A DNA stretch of 64,000 nt from Chrysomallon squamiferum (lineage: Eukaryota > Animalia > Mollusca): contig CM022679.1 of the NCBI GenBank assembly GCA_012295275.1, forward strand, positions 17,546,001 to 17,610,000. The letters run 5' to 3'. The notes beneath the pieces were generated by a model, which saw nothing but the letters and a program-made list of their open reading frames with translations, had not been told where the DNA came from and did not search any database. Positions 39,263 through 53,000 of this stretch are shown here, in pieces (position 1 is the first letter of the stretch; each line of letters begins with the position of its first letter). The translations under genes were made by a program, and so were the position numbers.

Positions 39263-42200
39263 ATGGCTGCGTCGTTTGCGATCATTGTGTTTGTTTTTTA
39301 TATTTTAGGAATTATTTCAGCCTTTGCTGTCAAATACCAGCCTAACTGGAAATCATTAGATTCAAGACCTTTGCCTGCCTGGTACGACGAAGCGAAGATT
39401 GGTATTTTTTTACACTGGGGAGTTTTTTCGGTGCCAAGTTACGATTCTGCTTGGTTCCTTGAGCTATGGAGAGAAAAGAATCCGGACATAGTAACATTCA
39501 TGAAAAAGAATTACCGTCCAGAGTTTACTTACGCAGACTTCGCTTCCCAGTTTACGGCAGAATTTTATGACCCTGTAGATTGGGCAAAACTATTTAATAC
39601 TTCTGGTGCAAAGTGAGTAAAGATTTTATTAAAGATTTTGTTTATATGATGATTATTATTATTATTATTATTATTATTATTTATGAATTTCATAAATACA
39701 CTTAAAGTATAAGAATTTAAAAACAGTATTATAGAAATAACTATTGCATTCATTTTTATTTACATTCCACTGGGTTCAAATAAATAGGTTTTTTGTTACT
39801 TTGTGTCACTTTATATAACATTTTAATATTTTTTATAATTTAGGTATGTTGTTTTAACAACTAAGCATCATGAAGGATTCTGTAATTGGAAAACTAAATA
39901 TTCCTGGAATTGGAATTCAGTAGATGTTGGGCCAAAGAGAGATTTAGTGGGTATGTATATCCTTATTGTAAAGTAAAGTATTAATATCCGTTTTGCTAAT
40001 TGTCTTAAATTGGATGTATTTTTGTCTGAATTACTATTTTATTTATTAATTATACAGAAATTTTAAAGGTTTGCATTTGATTATTATTATTTAATTAAAA
40101 GAAAGAGAAAAACAAAACTATTGCCAAAAAAGAGGAATAAAACATTTTATAGCAGTTGTAAATTTACATGAATTGTTTAATGTTTAAATACAAAATTATT
40201 ATATTACTATTTTTATTTTTTAAGTAAATCGTTACAAATTAATAATTATATGTTTTACAGTACAGGTAGTGAACCATTTATTTAGCAAACTTGGGACTGG
40301 AGGTGTTTCAGATTTCATAATTTGTTGGATTTCAGGATAGAGACTAACTTTGTACTTAAAATATAAAATAAACAATGACAAATAAAGAAAGAAACTGTAT
40401 TTAACCTATACAAATTAATACACTTTACAACAGGGTTTGTTTGATGTATATTAATTCATTTATAATTGTTAAAATACGTGTATAAAATGTGATTTTTTTG
40501 CTGGTCTTTTGGATGCAATAATAAATGAAAATGGAAACTGAAACAAATAATAACTTATTTGATATAGGATCTCCTGTATGCAGCAGCATCCTCACTTAAA
40601 TCAGTGTCATGGAAACCAAAACAAAACATGCCAAATTCAGATTTCTGGAACTAGATAAATGGTTCAGTACATACCTGTTAAAAATTAGTTACTGTTCATC
40701 AGATAAATTTATTTCAAATGTTAAAATATGTTTTATCTTGTACCAACCTAGTTTTTAAAATTTTAGGTGATCTTGCTACTGCTATACGGAAATATACAAA
40801 TCTTAGGTTTGGAACTTACCATTCTTTATTTGAGTTTGTGAATCCACTCTTTTTACGAGATCAAGCCAACAACTTTACAACACAAGATTTTGTTATGGTA
40901 TATAAATTATCAGTAATAATAATTAAGTGAAATACAGTTAAAAAGATTTGTCTTTGAATAAGATCTATATTTTGCTTTGTTTTCTGATTTAACATGATAA
41001 TGTGACTTTGTCAACATTTGACATATATCATAAATAAACTACTAGCTTTATTCCTGATTTTGAGAATCCACACTTAATATATTTACATTATGCTGAAAAA
41101 ACAAACAAGATCACTGTGTTAAAACCTTGTTACATCAATTTAGTCTGATAGTAAACAAAAAGGAGTAGAATTTAAATTAACTTTTTATATATTAAGAATA
41201 TACAGCAACTAGTCAAGTTTTCATATTCAGTATCATGTGAAATTACCTGTCTCTGTTATTTTGTATTACATTTAATGTATATGACAAAATATCAAAACTT
41301 TCTCCAAGAGATAGATTATAAATAGATGTCCAAGAATATAATATTGTTTAAGAAATTAATTTTAAAATTTTGTTTTCAGCAAAAGACTCTACCTGAGTTG
41401 TATGAGTTAATAAACAACTACAAGCCTGATCTGCTTTGGTCAGACGGAGAATGGATGGCTCCTTATCAGTACTGGAACGCAACACAGTTTCTGGCTTGGC
41501 TTTACAATGAAAGGTAAACAATTGGTTTACCTTAATTGATGATGAAGAAATAATGCATGATAATGTAAAACCAGCAGCTAAAAAAAACAGCACACACTAA
41601 TGATTATATTTAAAATTAAAAAAATTATCAGAGTTTTTACAGTAGTTTTACTGTTAACAAATTTGCATGCAAAAAGATAGTTAAGAATTAAACAGAGTTG
41701 ATATTAGAGCATTTGCTGCAATCTCAGTTACCTTTTTATATTCCTATTCCCATTTATGAATAAATAAAATCAACAGGAATCAAGTTTTGTTTGCAAAAGT
41801 TAACAATCTGTCTTTTTCTTTTCTTCTAATATAATGAAAACATAACTTTGTTACACTAAAGTGTCATATACTTTGTTTTTCCCAGCCCAGTTAAGGATTT
41901 TATTGTGACAAATGACCGATGGGGGAAGAACACAATGTGTAAACATGGAGGATTTTATACTTGCCATGACCACTATAATCCAAGTTAGTAGAATTAAGTA
42001 TTTAAAAAAAAAGAACAATAGCTAATATGTACAATCTCATTATCTCTTTGAAACCAGATGACTAGATTTGTTATCTTGATGAAAAAAACATGGTTCAGGT
42101 AAGAATTATTCCATAACTAGCATTGTAATTATATATCAGCAACTCTGATCTAGGCCAGTGGTTCTGAAAGTATTTTCCCTTGTACTGTAAATCAAAATTC

Positions 42201-43669
42201 CTTCCAATTTTGTGAAATGTCTGGAAAGAAATAGGATTGGTAAAATTTTGAGAACCATTTTCTTGACCAGTTCAGATCAAGTTTGTTTCTTTGAAATTAT
42301 GAAAATATCTGGGGACTGACCCATATAGCATTTAGAAACAACAGTATACTGAAGACAAAAAGAGAAGAGAAATAAATAAAATAATGAAACTTTTCATCAA
42401 ACTGTGTAAGTCTTTATTATGTTATAACATCAGTTTTTATTTTTTTAAATTTCTTTCATTTCCTTTTTTCATTGTTTTCTTCACTGAATTATTTTACATT
42501 TATTTTATGTCTTAAGAAACTTTACAAAAGAAAAAATTTGAAGATGCCACCACTTTTGACAAACGTTCATGGACATACAGACGTAATATTAATGCAGAAG
42601 ATCTCAGAACACCAGAAGAAGTGATCAGTCTGATAGCCCAGGTTGTTAGCTGTGGGGGTAATTTGTTGATTAATGCTGGCCCCACATCAGATGGCCTCAT
42701 AGCTCCAATATTTCAGGAACGAATGATACAGATGGGTCAGTGGCTGAAGGTCAATGGTGAAGCTATCTATAGTACAAGACCATGGATTTATCAAAATGAC
42801 TCTGATACTCCTGGTGTCTGGTAAGATTCTTAATAATTTATCTTTTGTAGCAAAGTATAGCTTACTTTTATATTTTATTTTCTAAAAACAAAAATTGTAA
42901 AAGGATTTTTTTCATGGTTCCTGTTGTCTAAATACAATTTATTTATAGTTCAGTGTGATTGTCTTATTTGTATTTTATACTGAACTTTTTGATAACACTG
43001 GAATGTTAAAACTGCAACCTCTTGAGAATTAACTGAGGCTTCTATTAAACATTTTTGAAAAGGGCGTCTTTAATTGCTGTTTGAAAATGCTATTTTATAC
43101 ATGAACTGTATTATCAGCAACAAGGGATCGTTATTTTAAAAAATGTAATAAAGAAAACAGAAAAGTACTAAGCTGCCTTTAACATAGATATTTATATATA
43201 ACTCCTAAGATACAAATGTCTATTAGAATTTACTAAAGTAATGTTTAAAAAAAAAATTCTAATTCAAAATATTTTGTATTTGAATCTTTATAGTAAATCA
43301 GTAATTACTGTGAGTGTAACAATTACTGATTATGCATTTCTGTAATAATTTTATACAGTTTGGTTAATTAATATTACATATTTTAACAGATGTGTTACTC
43401 TTTCCAGGTATACCTCAAAGAAATCGGACAAGATAACTGATGTATATGCAATTGTCCTTGAGTGGCCAAAGGGAGAGAATCTATATTTAGGCGCACCACA
43501 GCCTGACAATCACCAGACAACAGTGACACTTCTTGGCTATCCAGGAGAATTTGGCTTTAAACCTGGACAGTACATGGGAATAGTGATAAAGATTCCACCA
43601 ATTCCATTTAATAAGATGCCTTGTCAGTGGGGCTGGGTGTTTAAATTGCAAGGTTTGAAAAATATGTAA
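39263..43669 (+). CDS. FUCA: Alpha-L-fucosidase (GH29; FUCA1/FUCA2 homolog). Exons 39263-39612, 39844-39950, 40767-40897, 41380-41513, 41886-41983, 42517-42820, 43408-43669
   Basis: Signal peptide, [55 protein letters not shown] (nucleophile Asp), [34 protein letters not shown]. Phases consistent. Confidence 0.96.
40263..40677. mobile_element. Degenerate Tc1/mariner-type MITE in FUCA intron 2
   Basis: Imperfect TIRs caggtagtgaaccatttatttag / ctagataaatggttcagtacatacctg, preceded by TA. Confidence 0.6.
42156..42260. mobile_element. Tiny degenerate hAT MITE in FUCA intron 5
   Basis: cagtggttctgaaa ... ttttgagaaccatt, preceded by atcTAggc. Confidence 0.45.
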
Positions 43670-46600
43670 GCTTTAAATAAGTGTATTCAGAAAAAGACTA
43701 TGGCAGTAAGATTTATAAATTAGCAGATTTAGCCCTTACATAGTGATGTATAACCTTGACAAATAAATCAGTTCATATTATTTTTTGTATTTAATTTGGG
43801 TTTAGTGAATATAAGTTAGTGTCATGTTCATTTAAGACAATGAATGAGAGAAAGATTATAGTAATGTTTATGGAAAACATTGATGTTCAGAGTGTTAAGC
43901 AACAATTTATGAAATAACTTGTATGTCTTGTAAATGTATAAATATATTTTTCACAGCCCAATGAAACATTATTTAAACAATGGGTTATTGTATATCAAAA
44001 CCAATTATAGTTTTGTATTTTTGTAACATTCCATTAATACAATTCTTTGAATTTAATATTCTGTTTAATTGGTCATTCCAAATCAGTTCACCAACTTGTT
44101 CTATCATGATCAATTCAATTAGGTTTGCCAAAATATTTAATTTTACCTTCATCAGAAATACATTTGGAAATATGATCAAAACAGTAAAGAATACCAATTT
44201 TTATGCAAATCCAAGTAAGTTGGGTTACAGATTTCCATTTTATTGAGTAATCTGACATGAAATTACCCTAATATAGATACAGATACATGGAAGGCAGCTT
44301 TAAATTACACTTAATTATTTTTTACTGTGAACATCTACAGAATTTGAATATCATGTACTATGCAAATATTATAAATGCCGATTTGAAAACAAATATATAT
44401 ATTTTTTTTTTTTTTATTAAAACATATTTTTAATACCAAAATGTGGTAACTTATTGTCAAAGTTATTTATCTGTGTTTCAGTATTGTGTATATCGTTTTA
44501 TCTGTTAATACTCACTGCTTTTTCTTTATAATCAGCTAGGTTTTAACATGTTTGTTTATTTTCTGTTTTTTTTAATCCTTTACAACATAATGTTTTAAAT
44601 ACATGACATGTATTTGAGATGAGCTATTAACACACAACTTGTAACAGTTAAATTATAAAAAAGAAGAAAAAAGAAAAAAAATTCCAGTGAACAATGTTTC
44701 ATTCATTTTTCAAATGAGTTTACTTGCATCTTTTTGTTTGCAAAAGTTAAATGATAAGAAACATTTTCAAGTTGTTCTAATAATCAATAGATTTAATATT
44801 TATCTATATACACACGCCACAAATCATTATTGTAATTTGTTCTGTAATCTGGAATTTTTATATTATTTATTGACTCAATATTCTGAGATTATAATAAAAA
44901 AGAAAATTATGATTTAATTTTATATTTAAACCTCTAACTGCTGTTGCACAAATTCATTTCAGAGGCTTTATTATAAAGTGCTAGTGATAATTTTTTGGTA
45001 AATTTTGAATCAAATGATGACAAGTCACGTGCACCAAGGACATCTCACAGTGTGACATACACTACAGAACAACACTGTGGGCTTTAAAAATGTCTTTCAT
45101 CAACAAAAAAAAAAAAGAAAAAAAAGAAAATGGACTTCAAAAACAACCACTACCACAACATTCATTATTTTAACAACTGTCTTGAAATGATTTAGATTAA
45201 CAACGACCCAATGTGGTACAGTACATCAGTAGATTATCCAGGGTTTGACTTTGCTATACTGATGATAATCATTAACTTGCAAACCCCAAAACATGTTTTA
45301 AATTTTCTATTTATCTGAAAGGTTAACCTCGAAGTTTTTAAACATAATTACAGTTTGAACTGAAACTTATTAGTACTTTTTTCCTTTTCATAAAGTAACA
45401 ACATATAAGTAACAGCACACCGGTATTCATCATATGATGCAGCTTTATTAAAAATGACAAAGAGTGGTGAATTCAAAATACTCAAGGCCATTCAGAGAAA
45501 ACAAAAAAAAAACCCTGTTTATTATTTTTTAATTTCATTCAATAAGCATCTCCTTCATTAGATTACAATTTTTACAGAGTAAACATTATAAACATTAAAC
45601 AAACTTCAGTTATTTTTTTTTTTACAATTGACAAAAAAGAACAGATCTGAAATTTAAAAAGGTGAGAAGCAAACCAGTGCTTGGGTAAAAAAAAAGAAAG
45701 AAATTCCCACAAAACACTAGCATGTAGAGGCAACTAAATTATTTGCATTTCAAAATTATAAGATATACATTACTGGGCAGAAGAGAAATGTATTTAATGA
45801 TTCATTTAAATAATCCTGAGCAATTTCTTATTAATCATAATCTAAAATTGTTTTATGTTCTATAATCTGAATCTCATGATTTTAGCCAAATCTGTAATAA
45901 TCAGAGTACATTTTACAAATATTTTTTCTACAAAAAATATATTGAAATATTCTTAGAACCCACAAGTCTTTATTTATAGATTAGATGACAGTGCATTCTT
46001 GGTCCATTATTTTGTATACTGTTTTCATTTCTCAAAATGCTGTAGGTCAAAGTTTTAATTTTTTTAAAGAGACATTCAGAGTGAATATATGAGAGACTTC
46101 CAAAAAAAAATAAAAATAAATAAATTTCAAAATGATTATTCTGTTTCGGATAAAGGTGTCATAATGTCAAAAAGTACATTTGAAAATTCTAATTGTATGG
46201 ATGACCTCTTAATAAACTACATCCGTAGAAGTAAAATCACTTGGTGCTCAAATAGTATTTTGGCAAACTTTGCTTTGGGTAATTACTGGCAGTGTTAAGA
46301 TTTTTTCATCAAAACCAATATATTAAATAATTGTGAAAATGAAGCATGCCTTTATTAAAATAATCTTTAATACTTTATTAAGGTAAGATATTTGGATATA
46401 CAAAAACTTAATTTTCATAGAAACCTGTTTAATTACATGATTTCTAAAGAACTGAAATGTATTAAAAATGTCACTAATGTTAGTTCTTAAATAATTTAGT
46501 TCAATACTAACCAAAATATTAGAAAACTAATGATACACAATGTGCAGTTAGCAAATCTGTGTACACGGTTTTTCTATTATATTTCAGAATTATATATTGG

Positions 46601-49600
46601 TGCACAATAAGTATACCATTTGTAAGAATAGCACCAGTATATTTAATACACAGATTTGAACTATCAACAGATGTTCACCCAAACTACAACCATCCACTGA
46701 AGTTGTAAACATATTTATTTAAAATGTTAGCAACAAGAACAAAAGTGACAGTCACACCAACGTTATGTTGGATGTTTTCTGGGTTGGCAAAGAAATGTTC
46801 TCTGAGAACTTGTCCTTGTGTAGAATTTTTCATTATGGTCAATGGAAAACAAAAACTGACACAAAATATCACTGGATATACAAATTTACAAGTTTAGTTT
46901 TTTTCAAATGTTAATTAGCACCACAACAATGGCTGACAAGAACTATAACTATTTTCATCTTCATAAAACTAATTAATACATACACTAATTAATCTTACAA
47001 GTATCAAATAAACAATTTTATAAAACAAGATGACACTACAAGCACAACACATTTGTTTGATCATACCAACATCTTTAACCATAGAAACAAATATGTATAC
47101 ATGTACATGTATACTAGTTGCAGCTATGATCTAATAAATGTCTATCAAACAAATACTTTTTTAATGGTAAAAATAGTTACAACTTTCTTCTAACATACAC
47201 CTACCAAATACTTTTATATTACAAATCTAGACACAACTTTATTCTAACAATGTGTACATCTATATGTGTGATATGTATCTGCTTGCACATTGTGTGTACA
47301 TTAACAAAAACCTATATGAAATGTACTTCATAAAAATAAATTTTTAAGAATAAAATAAAAAAATTGTTTTGTCATTTTCAAATGTGTGTTTGTCCTAATT
47401 CTTATTTACATTAATTATATGGAAGTATTTTGTAAATACTGTCTGAAATAATCAAAAGTGTGAACATATAAAATGTCTATACCACTAATCTTAGAATTAT
47501 TTTACTTTCAATTTAAAATAGATTTTATACATTTAAAATCTAACATTAACTACCTTGTGATATTGGTTTATAAAAAAAAATCTTTAAATTCTAATCTAAT
47601 TTGAAGAATTCAGGATATGGCTACATTCAAATATTTGAAAGAATATATATTATTAAACAATCTAATATCACAATCAAAAATAAATGTTACCTATTCAAAG
47701 TTTCTTTTAAAACAGAGTATTTCTTTTATTATTTATCTGCTTGTTTTAATCAGTTAAACATGCTTACATTTTCATAATTAAAGATCAAATGATACCATGA
47801 AGTCCCATACACAACAAATGTCACCATCAAGGTGGAAATATTTTCCTCTGAAAAAAGCATTACTTTAACAAAACATGAAAAAGCTAGTCACAAAATCATT
47901 TCTCAAACCAAAACAGTAAAAATTACATTTGTAGCTTTAATTTCACACACACACACACACAAAATGAAAAATATTACTGGCATTTTTCTATCAAAAGACA
48001 TTGTTACTTTATGTTTTAATTCATATACTAAAAATTAGGCAACGGAAAACTAAATAAATGAAACATGAACAAATAAGTAAACAATTATAATAAAGGAGGA
48101 AATTAAATCTTTACACTAGTAAGATAATAACAGTAACACAAAATTTTAAATAATATTTTTAATTATGAAGGTTAACTAAGTAAAAAAAGACAAACTGCTT
48201 GTATGTGACATTTTTTTTTTTTTCGATCTAATAAGTTTTTTCTTCTAGAACAGGATTTTTTTTAAAAATTGATAAAAGACTATCAAAATGTCATGGCCCT
48301 ATGTTAGTTTCATGTATGAACATTATAAAATATACAAAAAGAAAACTGTCTTGCAGTTTTATCACAGTCTTTGTCATTTTCATTTCATTTTTTTTCTTTT
48401 TTAAATCATGGAACTGTATTTTGAAATCAAATGTTAGCACATAAATTTTAAAGATGATGACATTCAAATTTCATGTAATTTACTAATAAAGTTACAAGAA
48501 AATATAAAATATTATAGCATCTATATTTTGAACATGTAAATAATATATTACAAGATATTTTTATAAAGATTATACAAATTTTAAAACATTTCACAAAACC
48601 TTTTTCCTGATTCCAGTTTAATCCAAATTTAATCATTTCTTTTAGTGTCTAACTAGATATTTATTATAAAAAACCCAATAAAAAACCCCAGTAATAATAA
48701 TAATAATAATAACGAAGAAGAAGAAGAAATAAAAAGTATTCATAAATGAATAAACATTTCTTACATCATTACGATGTCATTTTCAGCTTTCTCAGAATGC
48801 TCCAAATTTTGGCAAATGTGCATTTACAATACACTTCTTTAATTTAATAATTCATTCAGGCTAGTTATTATGACTTCAAGGTACAATTGATGTCATGTTA
48901 CATCATTGCAATACTATGTAAGCAGTCCGAATAGATCGGGTAAAATTACCAGGTAATGTCACTTGACTGAACATTGGTCAGTTATATGTACTAATTCAAA
49001 TTTCTAGATGATTGTTCTTTTAAAATTACAAAAATGAAACAGAAAATGGAATGTTAATATAATGATTCAGAAAATTAATTCGTAACTAAACTGCAGACTA
49101 TTTACAATAAAAAGAACCTAAATTACAACAGGAAATTTTAAAAGAAATAGAAATAAAATAATCTATTAAGTTGAATAATTATTTTACACTTATTAATATT
49201 TATCCTACTTTTAAACGATTAAACAAACTGTGCATTTGAAATTAATTTTTCTTTTAATCCATGGAAAAAAAAGAAAAAAAAAAGACATGCTGGATTACCA
49301 CCAGCTGTCCCAGTTACCGGTTAAGAAAATCTTCATTATCTGTACAGATTTGTATGACATCTACTTGATAAATATTTTATATAAAAGCTGAAGACATCCC
49401 TATAACAAAATTCTGATTTAGTCATCTGATATTCAACAAGCACCTACAATCTAATACATTATGTGAACTTGACAACAGTTATATGTGGAAAGTTTAATGA
49501 GTAATCAAATTTCTAAGACATCATAGATACTATTTCTCTCATCCATGTATCTAAAACAGTTTTATCTTCAGCTGGTTCATTAAAAACATTAATATTTGGC

Positions 49601-50099
49601 AGTACTAACTGTTATATGCTACATAGTCAGAAGTTAATTAGACTAGCTGAAATAATCACAGCAGCAGACAGCAGTTTGTTAGTCTTTGGATCACACAATA
49701 ACATGAGGTAATACCACAAGGTGTTTTACACTTTTTTAAAAGTAGTAAATTCTTCTACAGATGTTTCCTCTTTTTCTAGAGAGAAAAAAACAAAAACATT
49801 TTCATTTGAACATACTTGTAACTGTTTACTGTTTTCATACTGTTTGTGAAAACAGTGTTTTGTTCATTACAAATATTACTTTGTGGAACAATGTTTAATA
49901 ACAGCTATTTAATTCATGGATGATACTGTCCAGACAACTAAACTGCATTAAAGACCAGAGTTTTTGTGTTTTATACATTCAATCATCTTTTATGGCAGAG
50001 TTTGATGTAACCTCACAAAGCAAAGTATCCTACTTGTTGTGCATCCCATTTGATTAGTCCTGAAGTTTGATTTGAGCAAGTTTTCTTCTGCTGAAATTG

Positions 50100-53000
50100 T
50101 CACTCATAGAGAAGAATTTGCTTGTGATAGAAAAGCAGATATCTGAATAAGATAATTAAAAACACCATTTTTTTAAAATAATATTCTTAGTATTATAGTT
50201 TATCTGAGATAATTAGAAAAACAATTTTTTTAGTTTAATGCCTGAACAAATAATTCTGCATTCTTCCAAGTTGTGCTGTGTATGTTTTCTGATGTCAGAA
50301 TTTAGTTAATAATGAGGTATAATAACAAATGATTACAATTTAAAAATATCTGGATTTACAGTTTGGATCTATTTGTTCTAAAGTTTCTACAGCTATAATT
50401 TTGCCATATATGTGATCATGTCGACTCTAGTGATAAATGATAAAATGGCTGCATTCTAATGCTTGTATTTTACTACTGGAAGAAGTTTGCTCCAAAATAA
50501 TAAAGAATTTTATTATACCATTTATTCATCCTTCCACAGTTACACTTCTAACAGGTTAACCTTTTCATTAAGATAACAGAAAATTGATAGTAAGAGAGAA
50601 AACTAAATAACAGAGGTCACAATTTCAGTGAGTGAAAAAATCTTACCCTTCACTGTTCAGCACCTCTTGTTGTGAAGCCTGAGTGATCATATGGTCATCA
50701 CACTTGTACCACTGGTTGTGATGTAACCGGATGAAACAGGTGTAGTGACCAGAACCAATTGTGCCACTATGGTTCACCACAGCAAACAAGGAATATCTGA
50801 GAGGCAAACTGTGAACATTAGAACAAACAAAATCCAAATCTACTGCATTATGCAGATTAAATCAATTAAAATATGTTTTCTCGTCTATTTAAATTATATA
50901 AAAGAGAATATATTATTAATATTTTTGGACAAGTGAACAAAAATTCTTAAACAAAAGAAGTGGCTTCAATAAAAATAACCATGGTATAAAAAAAATATAA
51001 TAAAACAAATATAAAAAAAACAGTCTTCTTTGTATTATCAAAATTTTTTAAACCAATTATATGATTGATATGGACATTAAAAACATTACAATAATGTTTT
51101 TCAAAACAAAAGCCAACAAAAATAAATGACAAATGATTGATAAAAGTAATCTTCAAAACTTACTGTCAGCAGATATTAAAAATGGCTTATGCAAAATTAT
51201 TTTTAAAAAATGACAAACTATTGTACAAATATTAAGAAAAGGAAAACATGTAAACAACTGAAAACAATGAACAAAAATTGTTTGCAAATGCTTACTTATT
51301 TTCACATGAAAGACTTCGGGCAGACTCCTGGATAATTTGATTTGAGTATCCATTGCTATTGTTTCGAGAAGATGACATGAATGGTGTCATGTCCAGCTCC
51401 TCTGGGAATGACACAAATGTTGAGATCTTTTTGTGATAGCCAGTGGAATGTTCAAAACGCTAAAATAAATAAACAACTTTTACAATCATAATATCCAGCT
51501 GAGCATGTCATACTGTATTACTGTATCTATGATAAAAAATACTGCAATGAGAAAAAGTAATTTTGAAAACATTAAATTTATTGTTTAAGACAGTTCCTTT
51601 TTTAAAACCCAGAAAATAACTCGGTAACAAATCTCCATCAATAATAAAATGTAGTCATTTAAAAAAAAAAATTATCAGACAATATTAAACAAAACACAGG
51701 ATTTTAATTATTTAATTCATAGATCTTCACAGAAACCCAGATAAGCTGCACTGGCTGGAAGATACAGACGGATGAGTCTAATATAGTTAAAGAATATACC
51801 TTAAGATGGAAGCAGGCAACTACAGGTAGTTTCTTCATTGTGAGCTGTTTTGTAGATTCTTGATAGCTGTGACACTTTCCACATTTAATTTTAGCAGCAC
51901 TTCCTAAATGCTCTGGCTTAGTAAATCTGCAAGTTAATTAACACTTTGTTTTATTTCATGTCACCTGGTTAAAAAGATTATCTGAAACTTGTTTATATTA
52001 GCAAGTGATGAAAACTTTCAGTAAAACATGAAGATTGTTGCAGAGTTAGTTATTTTATAAAAACAAATATTTGATATCTGTTGATAGATATGTAAAGGAT
52101 GTTGAAATTATCCTTTAAAAATTAAATGATTATTTATTTCAAACATTTCTTAGAAGTTTTGTGTTTTTTAACAATGAAATGATAACACTATTTTGATTAA
52201 TATTGTGTTGTATTTCCATCATTATTGAACTAACCGTTTCAAACATTCCACAAGTGAGGTAGGTTCATAGTTGCTTGGACTGTTTGTAAACCCTTAAATG
52301 AGAAAATATATTATTTATAAACACTAGTTAAAAACAGATAGAAAACACCTTTCTCATAAAACAATAATTGATTAATATTTGTTTTATTAACAGTCAAAAT
52401 AAGTTCATTTTGGATTATTTGACATATTCTGGAAATGCATTATTAAGTATATATATGTACTGTGTCCTATACCCGAAGCTGGGGAAAGATTTGCAACATT
52501 AGCTCCAGATGGTGAAGGTGGACCAGGTCCCAGGTCCAGAGAAATATCCCAAATAGGATCAATCGTTGTTGAAACGTTACTGAAATTGAAAATAGTTAAA
52601 CATGTCATAATGTATTGATTAAAAGATATTAAATTTAAGTATGTCAGTTTTCCCATCATATCCTATTTTCCTGAAGTACATTCAAAAGACATATTATTTT
52701 GGCTTTTTGTAAGTTACAAAATTAAAACTGGTTACAATAGAAATACTTGCTTATTAATAGGCCATAGTTCCAAATTAATTTGTCTGACCATGTGTCTTTA
52801 TGAAGTATATGAGAAAAGTAATGAAAGAGTAATAGAATGGAAAGAAATGTATTCTGAAATTGATTTGATTTGATGATTATACTGAAAAACTAACTTGCAC
52901 TCTTTACAAGTCACATCAGACTGTAGGCCACCCGTAAATATTTGGTCAATGATGCAGTTACAATGGTGAGGATTATTGTAACTCACTGTGTTTGTAGCTG

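Noticed and set aside
52461-52473. Two in-phase alternative donors 12 nt apart in USP22 exon 8
   Set aside because: It only affects four residues in a variable loop and cannot be resolved without RNA data.
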